Below, in pieces: positions 1-9,916 of a stretch of 64,000 bases of DNA (the first letter of the stretch is position 1; the number at the start of each line of letters is the position of its first letter). The stretch spans positions 13,216-77,215 of the forward strand of contig CANPWN010000001.1 of NCBI GenBank assembly GCA_947584415.1. Direction: 5' to 3'. The stretch is from an uncultured Clostridia bacterium. GTDB lineage: Bacteria > Bacillota > Clostridia > Christensenellales > UBA1242. A model generated the notes under the pieces. The model did not search any database, was not told where the DNA came from, and was given only the letters and a program-made list of their open reading frames with translations. The translations under genes were made by a program, and so were the position numbers.

Positions 1-2342
1 ACAATTGCAATTTCCTTTTTCCATGGCTCAGAAACATTGCCACTGTCATCAGTTGCAGAAACAGTGATAACAACTTTTGTCGGCAAACCATTTTCTTTGG
101 TCAAATATTCATCAATTTCAGACAAATCAATCTTGTATTCGCCGTCCTTGAATTCACGCGTTTCATAGTTTTCCTCAGAACCGCTGCTGCTTTTGCCAAC
201 ATAGTAATATTGTGTGATAACATCCATCCTTGTGTCGCTGTCGTCAGTTGCATAAGGAGCATTGAACACAATGACTGAGCCTTTTCTGTAAGAAGTTTTG
301 AGTTGCGTTTCAAAATTAATAACAGGGCCCGCTGTGTCACCTAAGTCACCTGTGACAACAACAACATCATATTTGATTAGTGGTGTGTTTTCATTTTTTG
401 CAGCATCAACAGCTGTGTAATAAACTGAATATGTTATGCCACCAACTGAGCCTGGAAGCATGGTTGTTGATGAAAATTTAACATCAATTTCAGCGTAACC
501 TTCTTCTATAGTTTTGTGAGCAGCACCCTCTTCTGGTGGACGAACAACAATCAAATAGTTGTGTGCTTTGAGCCAACTTTTAAGTTCTGTTTCGTTAGTT
601 CTTTTGTTCTCATCGTCTTTGCCCCAATTTTCAGCATCCATCATCTTTTCAACTGTCTTGTTCTTTGCAACAAAACTGTTTGCATCAAAGTCAAAGATAA
701 GGTTGTAAGCAGCATAATTCTTTGTTGCGTCTTCTTTGTCATCAAGAACAATTTCAACGCCTGAGTTTCTTATGCTTCTTGAAAGCACAACACCCTCTGG
801 AACATTATCCTGTGCATTGATTGCATAGATGATGATGTTCTTTTCTTCTGCTTTTGATTTAAGAAGTGATGAAGCATCTTTGAGTTCTTCTGGTTTTTTA
901 AGCCCTTTGGTTAAGTCGCTTTCTTGATAGTTTTCTTTGTTTGCTGCATCATAAACCACTGGAACTGGTGGCTGAGCATCACGAACATTTTGGATTTCTC
1001 TTTGCAAAGTTTCTTTTTTTCCATAGAAATCAGTTGCGGTGTAAATAATTCTGTAATATCCGTCTGCCCATGGAGTAAATTCTCTGCCAGTGAGTTTTTT
1101 AATGTCATCATATTCACCACTTGCAGTTTGTCTTCTTGCCTCAATTTCATATCTGATTGCAACGCTTTCTTTTGGGTGATTTGCGTCAGCAGAGGAAGCA
1201 GAAATTGAAGGAAGTGTTTGCTTAACATTTGTGTTTGCTGATGATTGCCAAGTTGAATCCAAAGCAAGAGTGTATTTATAATCTTTGTAATAACCGTCAT
1301 CTTGCGCGTTTAAAACAAATGTTTTTGTTGTTGATGTAACGAAAACATCATCACCAACATAATAGGAATATTTAATTGTGTAAGTGCCCTGTCCTGCGAA
1401 TAATTCATCATCTGGGTCAAGATACTTTGATTCAATCATATATCTTGTTTCTGCTTTATCATCAATGGTCACAGTTGTTGAAGCAACAGGAATTGTCTCC
1501 CCGTTTGCACCTGTTGCTGTGATTTTAACATAGAAATCTTTTTCTTTAACAGATGTTTTGTCTTCGTTAAGTGCTATGTTTTCTTTTTTATAATCAATGT
1601 CAATGTCCTTGCCATGCAAAGTTGGAAGAGGAAGATAAACATTTTTGTCAGTTGTAAGAAGTTCTTTGGCCAATTTTGTGTCATAAACTGTTGGCAAAAC
1701 CACAGGGTCATTGCTTTCAAATTCAAAATAAGCACTGTCAATTTTGCTTGTTACAACATATTCAGTTGAAAATGTCTCTTTTTGTTCATCGCCATAAGAA
1801 ATGGTGATTGAATAATTGATGCCGTATTCACCAGCATAGTCCATCTGAAATGTTCCCCACTCAACGGACTTTCCATCTTTAATGTCTTTTGCAACAGTTG
1901 CATCTGCTGTTGTCTTTTTAAGTTTTGCTTCCGCGGCTCCTGCTTCTTCTTCAGGAGCTGAAGTTGCGACTTCAAAAACCTCGCCCGTTGGCTTGTAAGT
2001 TACGGACACTTTTGATGTGATTTCAGTGATTTGCTGACCATTATATTTAACCCCGCTGATTGTGGAAAGATATGTTCCGCTGTAATATGTATCATCCAAG
2101 CCCACAGGAATTTTTGCATCAGAGCCAAAGTATGCCGCTTTGATTGAATACTTTTCACCTTTGTTTGCAGTTGATTTTGCGCCCAAAACTTCTATTGTTT
2201 CAAAGCCTAAGCCGTCACCAACATATTGTGCTGAAGATGTGAAAACATCAGTTGGAAACATGGTCAATGCCAACATCCCAGCAAAAGCAAGCGTTGTAAC
2301 TTTGAAAACTTGAGATTTTTTGATTAGTCTGTTTTTTGTCAT
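1..2342 (-). CDS. Secreted cell-surface protein, 3' end cut by window edge (>780 aa), Ig-like repeat modules
   Basis: The frame is open from the ATG at 2342 to position 1; it is absent from the ORF track because there is no stop in the window. The N-terminus MTKNRLIKKSQVFKVTTLAFAGMLALTMF looks like a signal peptide. Recurrent Y-x-A-x-D-x-x-G/K-N motifs (YTATDFYGK, YTAVDAAKN, SATDDSGN) are typical of bacterial Ig-like/DUF5011-type repeats. Confidence 0.75.
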   Translation of the reverse strand, partial: MTKNRLIKKSQVFKVTTLAFAGMLALTMFPTDVFTSSAQYVGDGLGFETIEVLGAKSTANKGEKYSIKAAYFGSDAKIPVGLDDTYYSGTYLSTISGVKYNGQQITEITSKVSVTYKPTGEVFEVATSAPEEEAGAAEAKLKKTTADATVAKDIKDGKSVEWGTFQMDYAGEYGINYSITISYGDEQKETFSTEYVVTSKIDSAYFEFESNDPVVLPTVYDTKLAKELLTTDKNVYLPLPTLHGKDIDIDYKKENIALNEDKTSVKEKDFYVKITATGANGETIPVASTTVTIDDKAETRYMIESKYLDPDDELFAGQGTYTIKYSYYVGDDVFVTSTTKTFVLNAQDDGYYKDYKYTLALDSTWQSSANTNVKQTLPSISASSADANHPKESVAIRYEIEARRQTASGEYDDIKKLTGREFTPWADGYYRIIYTATDFYGKKETLQREIQNVRDAQPPVPVVYDAANKENYQESDLTKGLKKPEELKDASSLLKSKAEEKNIIIYAINAQDNVPEGVVLSRSIRNSGVEIVLDDKEDATKNYAAYNLIFDFDANSFVAKNKTVEKMMDAENWGKDDENKRTNETELKSWLKAHNYLIVVRPPEEGAAHKTIEEGYAEIDVKFSSTTMLPGSVGGITYSVYYTAVDAAKNENTPLIKYDVVVVTGDLGDTAGPVINFETQLKTSYRKGSVIVFNAPYATDDSDTRMDVITQYYYVGKSSSGSEENYETREFKDGEYKIDLSEIDEYLTKENGLPTKVVITVSATDDSGNVSEPWKKEIAI

Positions 2343-2580
2343 AATGTCCCCTTTAAACTATGCTATATATAATAACAACCTATTTTAATATAATTGCACT
2401 TATTTTGTCAATCATTTTGCTCTCTTTTGTGCTTAAAATATTTTGTGAGATAAAACAAATTATATGTGAGAAGAAGTTTGCGAAAAACCACGAATTTTGT
2501 AACAATTTTGTAGGAAAGATAATAGTATGATAATGTGTAAGCACACAAGCACAAAAGGATAAAATCTATAGGAGGTACAT

Positions 2581-2778
2581 ATGAACTTTTTTGGAGGCTT
2601 TGGTGGCGGCAACGGAGGTTGTGACTGCTGCTCAATCTTAATCCTTCTCATCCTTCTGCAATGCTTAGGCTGTGGCAACAATGGTGGTTGTGGAATTGAC
2701 ATCTGCACATTGCTTTTGATACTTTTGCTCACAGGAAATTGCGGCGGATTTGGTTCAGGTTGCATGAATAAGTGCTAA
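2581..2778 (+). CDS. 65-aa Gly/Cys-rich small hydrophobic protein (YjcZ-like tiny sporulation/membrane protein type)
   Basis: Strong RBS (ataGGAGGtacatATG) and a rho-independent terminator directly downstream. It has 17 Gly, 10 Cys and two Leu/Ile-rich segments (SILILLILL, TLLLILLL). Confidence 0.6.
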   Translation: MNFFGGFGGGNGGCDCCSILILLILLQCLGCGNNGGCGIDICTLLLILLLTGNCGGFGSGCMNKC

Positions 2779-2787
2779 TATAACAGA

Positions 2788-2824
2788 AAAAAACCCAAAA
2801 TTTTAATTATTTTGGGTTTTTTTC
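2788..2824 (+). terminator. Rho-independent terminator after the Gly/Cys peptide gene
   Basis: Stem cccaaaat/attttggg (2794-2816) followed by a T-run. Confidence 0.7.
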
Positions 2825-2873
2825 TTTACATTTTTTGCCATATCGTTTAAAATAAGTTTGTTAAGGAGACCAC

Positions 2874-3272
2874 ATGAGCGAAACAAGCAAAGTTAAAAGA
2901 AAATATGGCATGGATGCAGAACTTGTTTGGAAAGACAGAAAAAGGTATTTTGGTTTACCTTGGTCTTTCACGCGCTATTCCCTTGTAAGAAATGGAGATA
3001 AATGGCTTAAGGTTTTTTCAGACATTGGTCTTCTCTATTCCCTTGTTGAAGAAATCAATGTTTACAGAATAAGGGACATTTCTTTAAGGCAGACATTGTT
3101 TGATAAAATTTTCGGAACTGGAACAATCACCCTTTATTCAAATGATGAGAGGACTCCGGAATTTAGGCTTAGGCATGTTGCTCAGCCATACAAAGTGAGA
3201 GAAATGTTTTCTAACCTTATTGAACAGGAAAGAGAAAACCGTGGCATCAGGGTTTCCGAATTTCAATATTAA
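2874..3272 (+). CDS. PH-domain (bPH_2 / YdbS-YdbT-like) protein
   Basis: RBS aaGGAGaccacATG. The pattern ...IRDISLRQTLFDKIFGTGTITLYSND...L..V..P.KV resembles bacterial PH (membrane-flanked) domains. Confidence 0.55.
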   Translation: MSETSKVKRKYGMDAELVWKDRKRYFGLPWSFTRYSLVRNGDKWLKVFSDIGLLYSLVEEINVYRIRDISLRQTLFDKIFGTGTITLYSNDERTPEFRLRHVAQPYKVREMFSNLIEQERENRGIRVSEFQY

Positions 3273-3301
3273 AACAAAAACTGCCAAATGGCAGTTTTTT
3301 T
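3273..3301. terminator. Bidirectional terminator between the convergent PH-domain gene and rluD
   Basis: Sequence aaaaactgccaaatggcagttttttt: GC stem ctgcc/ggcag flanked by A- and T-runs. Confidence 0.7.
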
Positions 3302-4208
3302 ATTCCTCAAATGGTTTCAAATTTTTGATATAAGTTAAAAAATATGGAGGAAGTTCACTTTCAAACTTCATCTTTTCCCCCGTCCTAGGATGCTCAAACT
3401 CCAAAAAGTATGAGTGCAAAAGTTGACCCTGCAGATTTCTGTCCGCCTTGCCATAAACCTCGTCACCAACAACGCTGTGGCCAATGTATGCGCTATGCAC
3501 TCTTATTTGATGTGTTCTGCCCGTCACAAGCGTGAATTCAACCAAAGTGTGTTTTTCATAACGCTGAACAACTCTGAAAAGTGAAATTGCCTTCTTGCCT
3601 TCACTTGAGACAGCATATTTTTTTCTATCCTTTTTATCTCGTGATAAAAATGTTTCAATTTTGCCTTCATTCTCCCACACAACACCATTTAAAAGTGCCA
3701 AATACTTGCGGCGAACTGACTTTTCCTTTATCATTTCGGCAAGTTTGTTGTGCGCAAAGTCATTTTTTGCAACAAGCATAAGGCCAGATGTGTTTTTGTC
3801 AAGCCGGTGGACAATCCCTGGGCGCAATACCCCGTTGATACCGCTTAAATCACCAATTTTTGATAGCAGCCCATTGACCAATGTGCCATCTTTTGTTGTT
3901 GAACACGGATGAACAACCAGCCCTTGAGGCTTGTCAACGACAATCAAATCTTCATCTTGATATACAATTTTAAATTCAACTTCTTGCGGCTTAACCTCAA
4001 GAGGTTTTGGCGGCTCAAGATTAAGTTCAATCATGTCGCTCTCTTTGACCTTTTCACCACACTTAACTTTTTTGCCATTTAATAATATTTGCCCGTTTTC
4101 TATTGAATTTTGGATAAAAGAACGCGAAAATTCGGCAAATTTACTGCAAACAAACTTGTCAAGCCGCTCATTTTTAAATTCACTGTCAACTTCAATCTTT
4201 CTTTTCAA
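3300..4208 (-). CDS. rluD: 23S rRNA pseudouridine synthase, RluA/RluD family
   Basis: S4-like N-terminus plus the catalytic motif HRLDKNTSGLMLVAKN; 302 aa. Confidence 0.9.
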   Translation of the reverse strand: MKRKIEVDSEFKNERLDKFVCSKFAEFSRSFIQNSIENGQILLNGKKVKCGEKVKESDMIELNLEPPKPLEVKPQEVEFKIVYQDEDLIVVDKPQGLVVHPCSTTKDGTLVNGLLSKIGDLSGINGVLRPGIVHRLDKNTSGLMLVAKNDFAHNKLAEMIKEKSVRRKYLALLNGVVWENEGKIETFLSRDKKDRKKYAVSSEGKKAISLFRVVQRYEKHTLVEFTLVTGRTHQIRVHSAYIGHSVVGDEVYGKADRNLQGQLLHSYFLEFEHPRTGEKMKFESELPPYFLTYIKNLKPFEE

Positions 4209-4728
4209 CTTTTTCCTCTTTCTTCTTTTTGTGATTTTTGACCAGCAAAATTATAACATATATCACAAAAAGCACCGCCCCAATTGTAAGGCAAATGTCC
4301 GCAACATTAAACACTGGAAACGCGTCCCAAAATTCAAAATGAATAAAATCTCTCACAAATCCCTGACCTGAAAGTCTGTCCACCAAATTTCCAACGCAAC
4401 CCGTTAAAACAAGTGCTGATGCTATGTGAAAAAGCGGATTAAAGGACCTTTCAGCAATCAAAAGCCAAATTATTCCCAAAATGAAAACAAAGGCCAATAT
4501 TATCAAAAAAATTCTTTGCCCTGATAAAATTCCACCTGCTGCACCAGGGTTTTCAACAAAAACGAAATCAATAAACCCAGGAAGAAAGGGTTTTCTCTCT
4601 CCAACAGAAAAATTTGTCGCCACAAGATGTTTTGTGACGAGGTCAACAGTCAGCAGAATTGCAAAAACCGGAAGAGTTATGCACAAAACATACAAAAAAT
4701 GTTTTGACAACTTGATTTTTTTATTCAA
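4192..4728 (-). CDS. lspA: Lipoprotein signal peptidase II
   Basis: Motifs NPGAAGG, VGNLVDR and FPVFNVADICLTIG. The likely TTG start at 4728 overlaps the sepF stop (ATTGAATAA) behind GGGGTGG. The ORF track extends the frame to 4782. Confidence 0.85.
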   Translation of the reverse strand: MNKKIKLSKHFLYVLCITLPVFAILLTVDLVTKHLVATNFSVGERKPFLPGFIDFVFVENPGAAGGILSGQRIFLIILAFVFILGIIWLLIAERSFNPLFHIASALVLTGCVGNLVDRLSGQGFVRDFIHFEFWDAFPVFNVADICLTIGAVLFVIYVIILLVKNHKKKKEEKVEKKD

Positions 4729-5089
4729 TTTCCACCCCTTCTGGCAATAAAATGTAAAGTTTGTTTTCTTCAATTGTTGCAATTGAGCCGCTTGTCATTT
4801 TTATTACACCTTCAAAATAGCCTTTTGCGTAGGACTTGTCAGCCGCATATTCGTAGTTTATAAGCACAGGTTCACCACTCTTAAAAATTGAAAGGGCTTT
4901 TTCAAAGTCAACCTTATTTTCAAGATAAACAACCCTCACACCATCAATTTTGTCTGGCTTTTCAATTTTGTCTTTTTTTAAATTAAAAGAAGCCTTTGTT
5001 TCAATTTTTCTATTTTTTTTCTTAACACTATTTTCACTTTGTTCAGATTCAAACCCAAGTGCATTTAAAATTCCACCAAAAAAACTCAT
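4721..5089 (-). CDS. sepF: Cell division protein SepF
   Basis: MSFFGGILNALGF N-terminus and a DUF552-like C-terminal domain. RBS AAGGAG lies 7 nt before the ATG at 5089. Confidence 0.8.
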   Translation of the reverse strand: MSFFGGILNALGFESEQSENSVKKKNRKIETKASFNLKKDKIEKPDKIDGVRVVYLENKVDFEKALSIFKSGEPVLINYEYAADKSYAKGYFEGVIKMTSGSIATIEENKLYILLPEGVEIE

Positions 5090-5223
5090 CCTCTGCTCCT
5101 TATATGGCATATTGTAACATATTCGTCCGCTTTTTCAAAACAAAGACAAATAAAAAAACGACTTGAAAGTCGTTTTAATTGATTAACATCCGCCATATTC
5201 GCAAAAAAATTACATTAACCACG

Positions 5224-5889
5224 CTATTTTGATAAATACCAGTCGCGCTCTTCTTGATTTTCTTTGATATATTTGCGCCTAAATTCTTCTGTAGATTTTT
5301 CAACCGACATTTCAGGGTTAAAATAGTCTTGCAATATTTCAAGATTAAAATTTGTCCCGATCTCTTCTCTTTCCTTCATAAAAAATTGCACTATCAAACG
5401 AAATTGATACGCATCAACATTTTTATTGTCTGAAAACAACAGCGAATCAAACAAACAATTAATTTTATTATAGTTCCATTTTTCAAGCAAAACATCATCA
5501 TTGTTTTCTTGGTTTAAAGGGTCAATTTGAAGTTTTATCCCGCTTATGTCCTTAACAATATAGTTTCCAGGGTCAATAATATACACTTGCCCGTTATAGA
5601 TGACATTTGAAGGATTTATATCACGCAAGCCTATTTTAAATTGATTTAATAATTTTAAATCATCTTGCAAAACTTTCATTTCGTCTAAAACATGCCCCAT
5701 TTTTGTTGGTATGTTTTTTAAATATAAAATGTCTTCAGTATTAAGATGAGGAAGCATATAATCCTCTCGAAACAACTTAACCACTTTGCTATTATATTTA
5801 TATACAATACACTCTGAGCCTTTTTCCGATAACAAGCACAATTTGCTTAAGTCTAAAGGTCTGCCATCAATGTTAAAAAGTTCCTTCAT
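5224..5889 (-). CDS. Minimal protein-kinase-like fold protein (about 221 aa), function unknown
   Basis: LRDINPSNVIY resembles the HRDxKxxN catalytic loop, IIDPGNY resembles DFG, VVKLF resembles VAIK and KGSECIVYKY resembles a G-loop. Start chosen at MKELF (5889); the alternative is 5931. Confidence 0.5.
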   Translation of the reverse strand: MKELFNIDGRPLDLSKLCLLSEKGSECIVYKYNSKVVKLFREDYMLPHLNTEDILYLKNIPTKMGHVLDEMKVLQDDLKLLNQFKIGLRDINPSNVIYNGQVYIIDPGNYIVKDISGIKLQIDPLNQENNDDVLLEKWNYNKINCLFDSLLFSDNKNVDAYQFRLIVQFFMKEREEIGTNFNLEILQDYFNPEMSVEKSTEEFRRKYIKENQEERDWYLSK

Positions 5890-6120
5890 GCTTTTCCTTT
5901 TTTCGCGTTTTAATAATAGCACATCTGTCAATTAAAAGTCAATATCAAAAAAAGAGGCATAATGCCCCCGCTAAAGTTAATTTTAACAACCTGTAATATT
6001 CTTATAAAAAGGCGTATAATACTCGCGAGAACAAATTTAAGCATTACACTCTTGTTTTTTTAATTGAAATTTAATTTAAAAAAATATAAAAAAAGAGCGT
6101 AATGCCCCCCTTGGCAACAA

Positions 6121-6148
6121 AAAAAAGACCCGAAGGTCTTTTTTTTAA
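6121..6148 (-). terminator. Terminator after tuf
   Basis: On the minus strand: aaaaaaaagaccttcgggtctttttt. Stem gacc/ggtc with a T-run. Confidence 0.8.
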
Positions 6149-6153
6149 TTGCA

Positions 6154-7356
6154 TTATTCAACAATCTTTGAAACAACGCCTGAGCCAACAGTTCTGCCAC
6201 CTTCACGGATAGCGAAACGAAGTCCTTCTTCGATAGCAATATCAGTGATAAGTGTGATTGTCATGTTAACATGGTCACCAGGCATAACCATTTCAACGCC
6301 CTTTTCAAGTTCGATTGTTCCAGTAACGTCAGTTGTTCTGAAGTAGAACTGAGGTCTATATCCATTGAAGAATGGAGTATGACGTCCGCCTTCTTCCTTC
6401 TTCAAAACGTAAACCTGAGCAGTAAACTTTGTGTGTGGGTGAATTGAACCTGGCTTGCAAAGAACTTGTCCTCTTTCAATTTCGTTTCTCTGAATTCCAC
6501 GAAGAAGAAGACCAACATTATCTCCGGCTCTTGCTTCATCAAGAAGTTTTCTGAACATTTCAACGCCAGTGATAACTGTTTGTTTCTTAGCGCCCATACC
6601 AACGATTTCAACAGTGTCGTTCATCTTAACAGTTCCACGCTCTACTCTACCAGTTGCAACTGTTCCACGACCAGTGATTGTGAAAACATCTTCAACAGGC
6701 ATCAAGAAAGGCTTGTCAGTGTCACGCTTTGGTTCAGGGATATAAGCATCAACAGCAGCAAGAAGTTCTTTGATGCATGTAACTGATGGGTCATCAATCT
6801 TTCCAGCAGTAACAGCTTCCAAAGCTTTGAGAGCTGAACCTTTGATGATAGGTGTTTTGTCTCCAGGGAAACCATACTCTGTCAAAAGGTCACGAATTTC
6901 CATTTCAACGAGTTCAAGAAGTTCTGGGTCATCAACTTGGTCAGTTTTGTTCATGAACACAACAATGTATGGAACACCAACTTGACGAGCGAGAAGAATA
7001 TGCTCTCTTGTTTGAGGCATAGGTCCGTCTGTTGATGCAACAACAAGGATAGCGCCGTCCATTTGAGCAGCACCAGTAATCATGTTTTTAACATAGTCCG
7101 CGTGTCCCGGGCAGTCAACGTGAGCATAGTGACGAGTGTCAGTTTCATACTCAACGTGAGCAGTGTTAATTGTGATTCCTCTTGCTTTTTCTTCTGGGGC
7201 TTTGTCGATTTCATCATATCTCATAGCCTGTGCTTTGCCGATTGCAGCACTATATGTGCAGATTGCGGCGGTAAGGGTGGTTTTACCATGGTCAACGTGT
7301 CCGATGGTACCGATGTTTACGTGAGGTTTGTTTCTCACAAATGATTCCTTAGCCAT
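6154..7356 (-). CDS. tuf: Elongation factor Tu
   Basis: [18 protein letters not shown] and NKTD motifs; 400 aa. Confidence 0.98.
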   Translation of the reverse strand: MAKESFVRNKPHVNIGTIGHVDHGKTTLTAAICTYSAAIGKAQAMRYDEIDKAPEEKARGITINTAHVEYETDTRHYAHVDCPGHADYVKNMITGAAQMDGAILVVASTDGPMPQTREHILLARQVGVPYIVVFMNKTDQVDDPELLELVEMEIRDLLTEYGFPGDKTPIIKGSALKALEAVTAGKIDDPSVTCIKELLAAVDAYIPEPKRDTDKPFLMPVEDVFTITGRGTVATGRVERGTVKMNDTVEIVGMGAKKQTVITGVEMFRKLLDEARAGDNVGLLLRGIQRNEIERGQVLCKPGSIHPHTKFTAQVYVLKKEEGGRHTPFFNGYRPQFYFRTTDVTGTIELEKGVEMVMPGDHVNMTITLITDIAIEEGLRFAIREGGRTVGSGVVSKIVE

Positions 7357-7436
7357 AATTTAAATTCTCCTTTTTTGTTTTACTTTGCTAGTTTATCATA
7401 CTTTAATAATTTTTCAAAACGATTTAAGCAACTTTT

Positions 7437-9515
7437 TTAATTCTTTTTTGCTCTTTCGCCAACAATCTTTTCGGCGATTGATTTTGGAACTTCCTGATAT
7501 TTGAGAGGTTCCATAACATAGTTGCCTCTTCCCTGTGTTTGAGAACGAAGGTCAGTTGCATATCCGAACATCTCTGCAAGTGGAACTTCTGCATTGACAA
7601 TCTGGATGCCAGCGTTGGTTTCTGTGCCTGTCAGCATTCCACGTCTTGAAGTAAGGTTTCCCATAACTGTGCCAAGATATTCATCTGGAACTTCAACTGA
7701 AACTTTCATGATAGGTTCAAGTAGAACTGGGTCTGCTTTCTTTGCGCCATCTTGGAAAGCCATTGAACCGGCAATCTTGAAGGCCATTTCTGAAGAGTCG
7801 ACTTCGTGATAAGAGCCATCAACAACTGTTGCTCTAAAATCAACCGTTTCATATCCAGCAATAACACCGTTCATCCTTGCCTCAGCAATTCCGTTGTTAA
7901 CAGGTTGGATATATTCCTTTGGAATTGAACCACCAACAGTCTTGTCAACGAATTCGTATCCTGAGCCTGCAGGAAGTGGTTCCATTTCAATTATGCAGTG
8001 GCCGTATTGACCTTTACCACCGCTCTGACGGATGAACTTGCCTTCTGCCCTAACAGGTTTGCGGATTGTTTCTCTGTAAGAAACCTGAGGATTACCAATG
8101 TTAGCCTCAACCTTAAACTCACGAAGAAGTCTATCCACAATGATGTCAAGGTGAAGTTCACCCATGCCAGCAATAAGCGTTTGACCTGTTTCAAGGTTTG
8201 TTGAAACACGGAAAGTTGGGTCTTCACGCATAAGTTTTGCAAGCGCGAGAGCCATTTTTTCTTGCATATCCTTTGTTTTTGGCTCAATAGCAAGTTGAAT
8301 AACAGGCTCTGGGAAGTCCATGCTTTCAAGTTGGATAGGATGTTTTTCATCACAGAGTGTATGCCCTGTGATTGTGTCTTTAAGTCCAACAATAGCAGCA
8401 ATATCACCTGCACCAACTTCGGTAATTTCCTGGCGTTGATTTGCGTGCATCCTGATAAGACGCCCAACACGCTCAGTCTTGCCGGTGATTGAGTTGTAAA
8501 CATAAGAGCCGGCTTTCAAAAGTCCACTGTAAACTCTGAAGAAAGTCAGTCCGCCAACAAATGGGTCAGTCATAATTTTGAAAGCAAGACCTGCAAAAGG
8601 TGCATCCTCACTTGCCTCGCGGCTTTCCTCTTCGCCTGTGTCAGGGTTTGTGCCTTTGATTGGTGGGATGTCAAGTGGAGATGGAAGATAATCAACCATA
8701 GCATCCAAAAGCATCTGAACACCTTTATTTTTATATGATGAGCCACAAAGAACAGGCGTGAAGTGTCTTTCAATAGTTCCCTTTCTTATCCCTGCTTTGA
8801 GTTCATCAATAGTGATTTCATCACCCTCGAAGTATCTTTCAAGCAGTGCGTCATCAATTTCAACAATTTTTTCCACCATTTCTTCACGAAGTTTTTGTGC
8901 TTTTGCTTTATATTCTTCAGGAATTTCGGTGATTTCAATCTCTTTTCCGAGGTCGTCTTTGTAAACTTCAGCCTTCATTGTAAGAAGGTCAATAATTCCG
9001 CTGAAAGTATCAGCCTCGCCAATATTAAGTTGAATTGGGAGCGCTTTTGTTTTCAAGCGTTTTTCAATAGAGTCAACGCAGCCCATAAAGTCGGCAGCAT
9101 CTCTGTCCATTTTGTTGACATAAATGATTGTTGGAACTCTGTATTTTGTTGCTTGACGCCAAACGGTTTCCGTTTGAGGTTGAACTTTATCACGAGCGCT
9201 AAGCACAAGCACTGAGCCGTCCAAAACCTTCAAAGACCTTTCAACTTCAACAGTAAAATCCACGTGTCCCGGGGTGTCAATGATGTTGATTTTGCGGCCT
9301 TTCCAAAAGCAGGTTGTGCAAGCAGAAGTAATGGTGATGCCACGCTCCTGTTCCTGAGCCATCCAGTCCATGGTGGCTTGTCCATCATGAACTTCACCAA
9401 TCTTGTGGTTTTTGCCAGTGTAGAACAAAATTCTTTCAGTTGTTGTGGTTTTGCCTGCGTCAATATGAGCCATGATTCCAACATTTCTGGTCATATGCAA
9501 ATCGGTTGTAGCCAT
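7437..9515 (-). CDS. fusA: Elongation factor G
   Basis: [20 protein letters not shown] and NKMD motifs; 692 aa; str operon context. Confidence 0.98.
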   Translation of the reverse strand: MATTDLHMTRNVGIMAHIDAGKTTTTERILFYTGKNHKIGEVHDGQATMDWMAQEQERGITITSACTTCFWKGRKINIIDTPGHVDFTVEVERSLKVLDGSVLVLSARDKVQPQTETVWRQATKYRVPTIIYVNKMDRDAADFMGCVDSIEKRLKTKALPIQLNIGEADTFSGIIDLLTMKAEVYKDDLGKEIEITEIPEEYKAKAQKLREEMVEKIVEIDDALLERYFEGDEITIDELKAGIRKGTIERHFTPVLCGSSYKNKGVQMLLDAMVDYLPSPLDIPPIKGTNPDTGEEESREASEDAPFAGLAFKIMTDPFVGGLTFFRVYSGLLKAGSYVYNSITGKTERVGRLIRMHANQRQEITEVGAGDIAAIVGLKDTITGHTLCDEKHPIQLESMDFPEPVIQLAIEPKTKDMQEKMALALAKLMREDPTFRVSTNLETGQTLIAGMGELHLDIIVDRLLREFKVEANIGNPQVSYRETIRKPVRAEGKFIRQSGGKGQYGHCIIEMEPLPAGSGYEFVDKTVGGSIPKEYIQPVNNGIAEARMNGVIAGYETVDFRATVVDGSYHEVDSSEMAFKIAGSMAFQDGAKKADPVLLEPIMKVSVEVPDEYLGTVMGNLTSRRGMLTGTETNAGIQIVNAEVPLAEMFGYATDLRSQTQGRGNYVMEPLKYQEVPKSIAEKIVGERAKKN

Positions 9516-9725
9516 TTTTATTTTCTCCTTATTTTATTGTTTGCCTCAAGCAAACTTTTGCAAAGTTTCTTTCGGTTGCCGTCGGGCGAAGCCCTTCTTC
9601 GGCAAAGTTAACTTACGCGATTTTATATTGTCTTTGAGAAATTTTTAAAACCCCCTTCGACAACATTGTTTTTTAATTTTTAAACTTCAATCAGTTGTTT
9701 AATGAAGTTTGAATTAAACATTTTA

Positions 9726-9916
9726 ATCCGGAGTCTCACTTTCACGGAGAAGGGCTTTGCCCGGCGGGAAAGTGAGGCGAACCCTTCTCTCGCAGAAAAA
9801 TGCCCAGCGGGGTTTTTCAAGAGGCGAAAGGGGGCTCGTGGGGTCGGAACGAATTTCAGCGGTTAGGAAAACTTGTTTTCCGTGCCCGCGTTAAGAAATT
9901 CTAGTTCCCCCCACAC
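9726..9916. repeat. GC-rich interspersed structured element, copy A (about 191 nt) in the rpsG-fusA spacer
   Basis: Shares its conserved 5' 56 nt (atccggagtctcactttcacggagaagggct...) and 3' hairpin core (gcggttaggaaa..tttccgtgcccgcg) with 34324-34517. It is locally much more GC-rich than the surrounding AT-rich DNA. On the minus strand it begins 3 nt after the rpsG stop codon. Confidence 0.8.

Noticed and set aside
2460-2765. 101-aa minus-strand ORF antisense to the Gly/Cys peptide gene
   Set aside because: It is the mirror image of a G/C-rich codon repeat (giving a Pro-rich translation) and has no RBS. The plus-strand peptide has a perfect RBS and a terminator.
3276-3300. Near-identical terminator hairpins aaaaactgccaaa(t/c)ggcagtttttt at 3276-3300 and 49226-49250, considered as a possible mobile repeat
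   Set aside because: They are only about 25 nt and consist of generic terminator features (A-run, 5-bp GC stem, T-run). The flanks are unrelated, so convergence is more likely than mobility.
7991-8503. Long antisense or alternative-frame ORFs inside fusA, tuf, dnaK, ligA, pcrA and other core genes (for example 7991-8503, 8763-9215, 23540-23971, 21286-21702)
   Set aside because: They are entirely embedded in strongly conserved genes, have low-complexity translations and lack RBSs. They are typical shadow ORFs.
9726-9916. Whether the GC-rich element is a tRNA, tmRNA, SRP RNA, RNase P RNA, 6S RNA, a known riboswitch (ykkC/ZTP/c-di-GMP-II were compared from memory) or a group II intron (it starts GTGTG on the minus strand)
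   Set aside because: No cloverleaf or conserved core motifs of those families could be matched by eye. At about 190 nt it is far too short for a group II intron, and no domain V-like sequence is present. It is left as an unclassified repeat pending a cmsearch.
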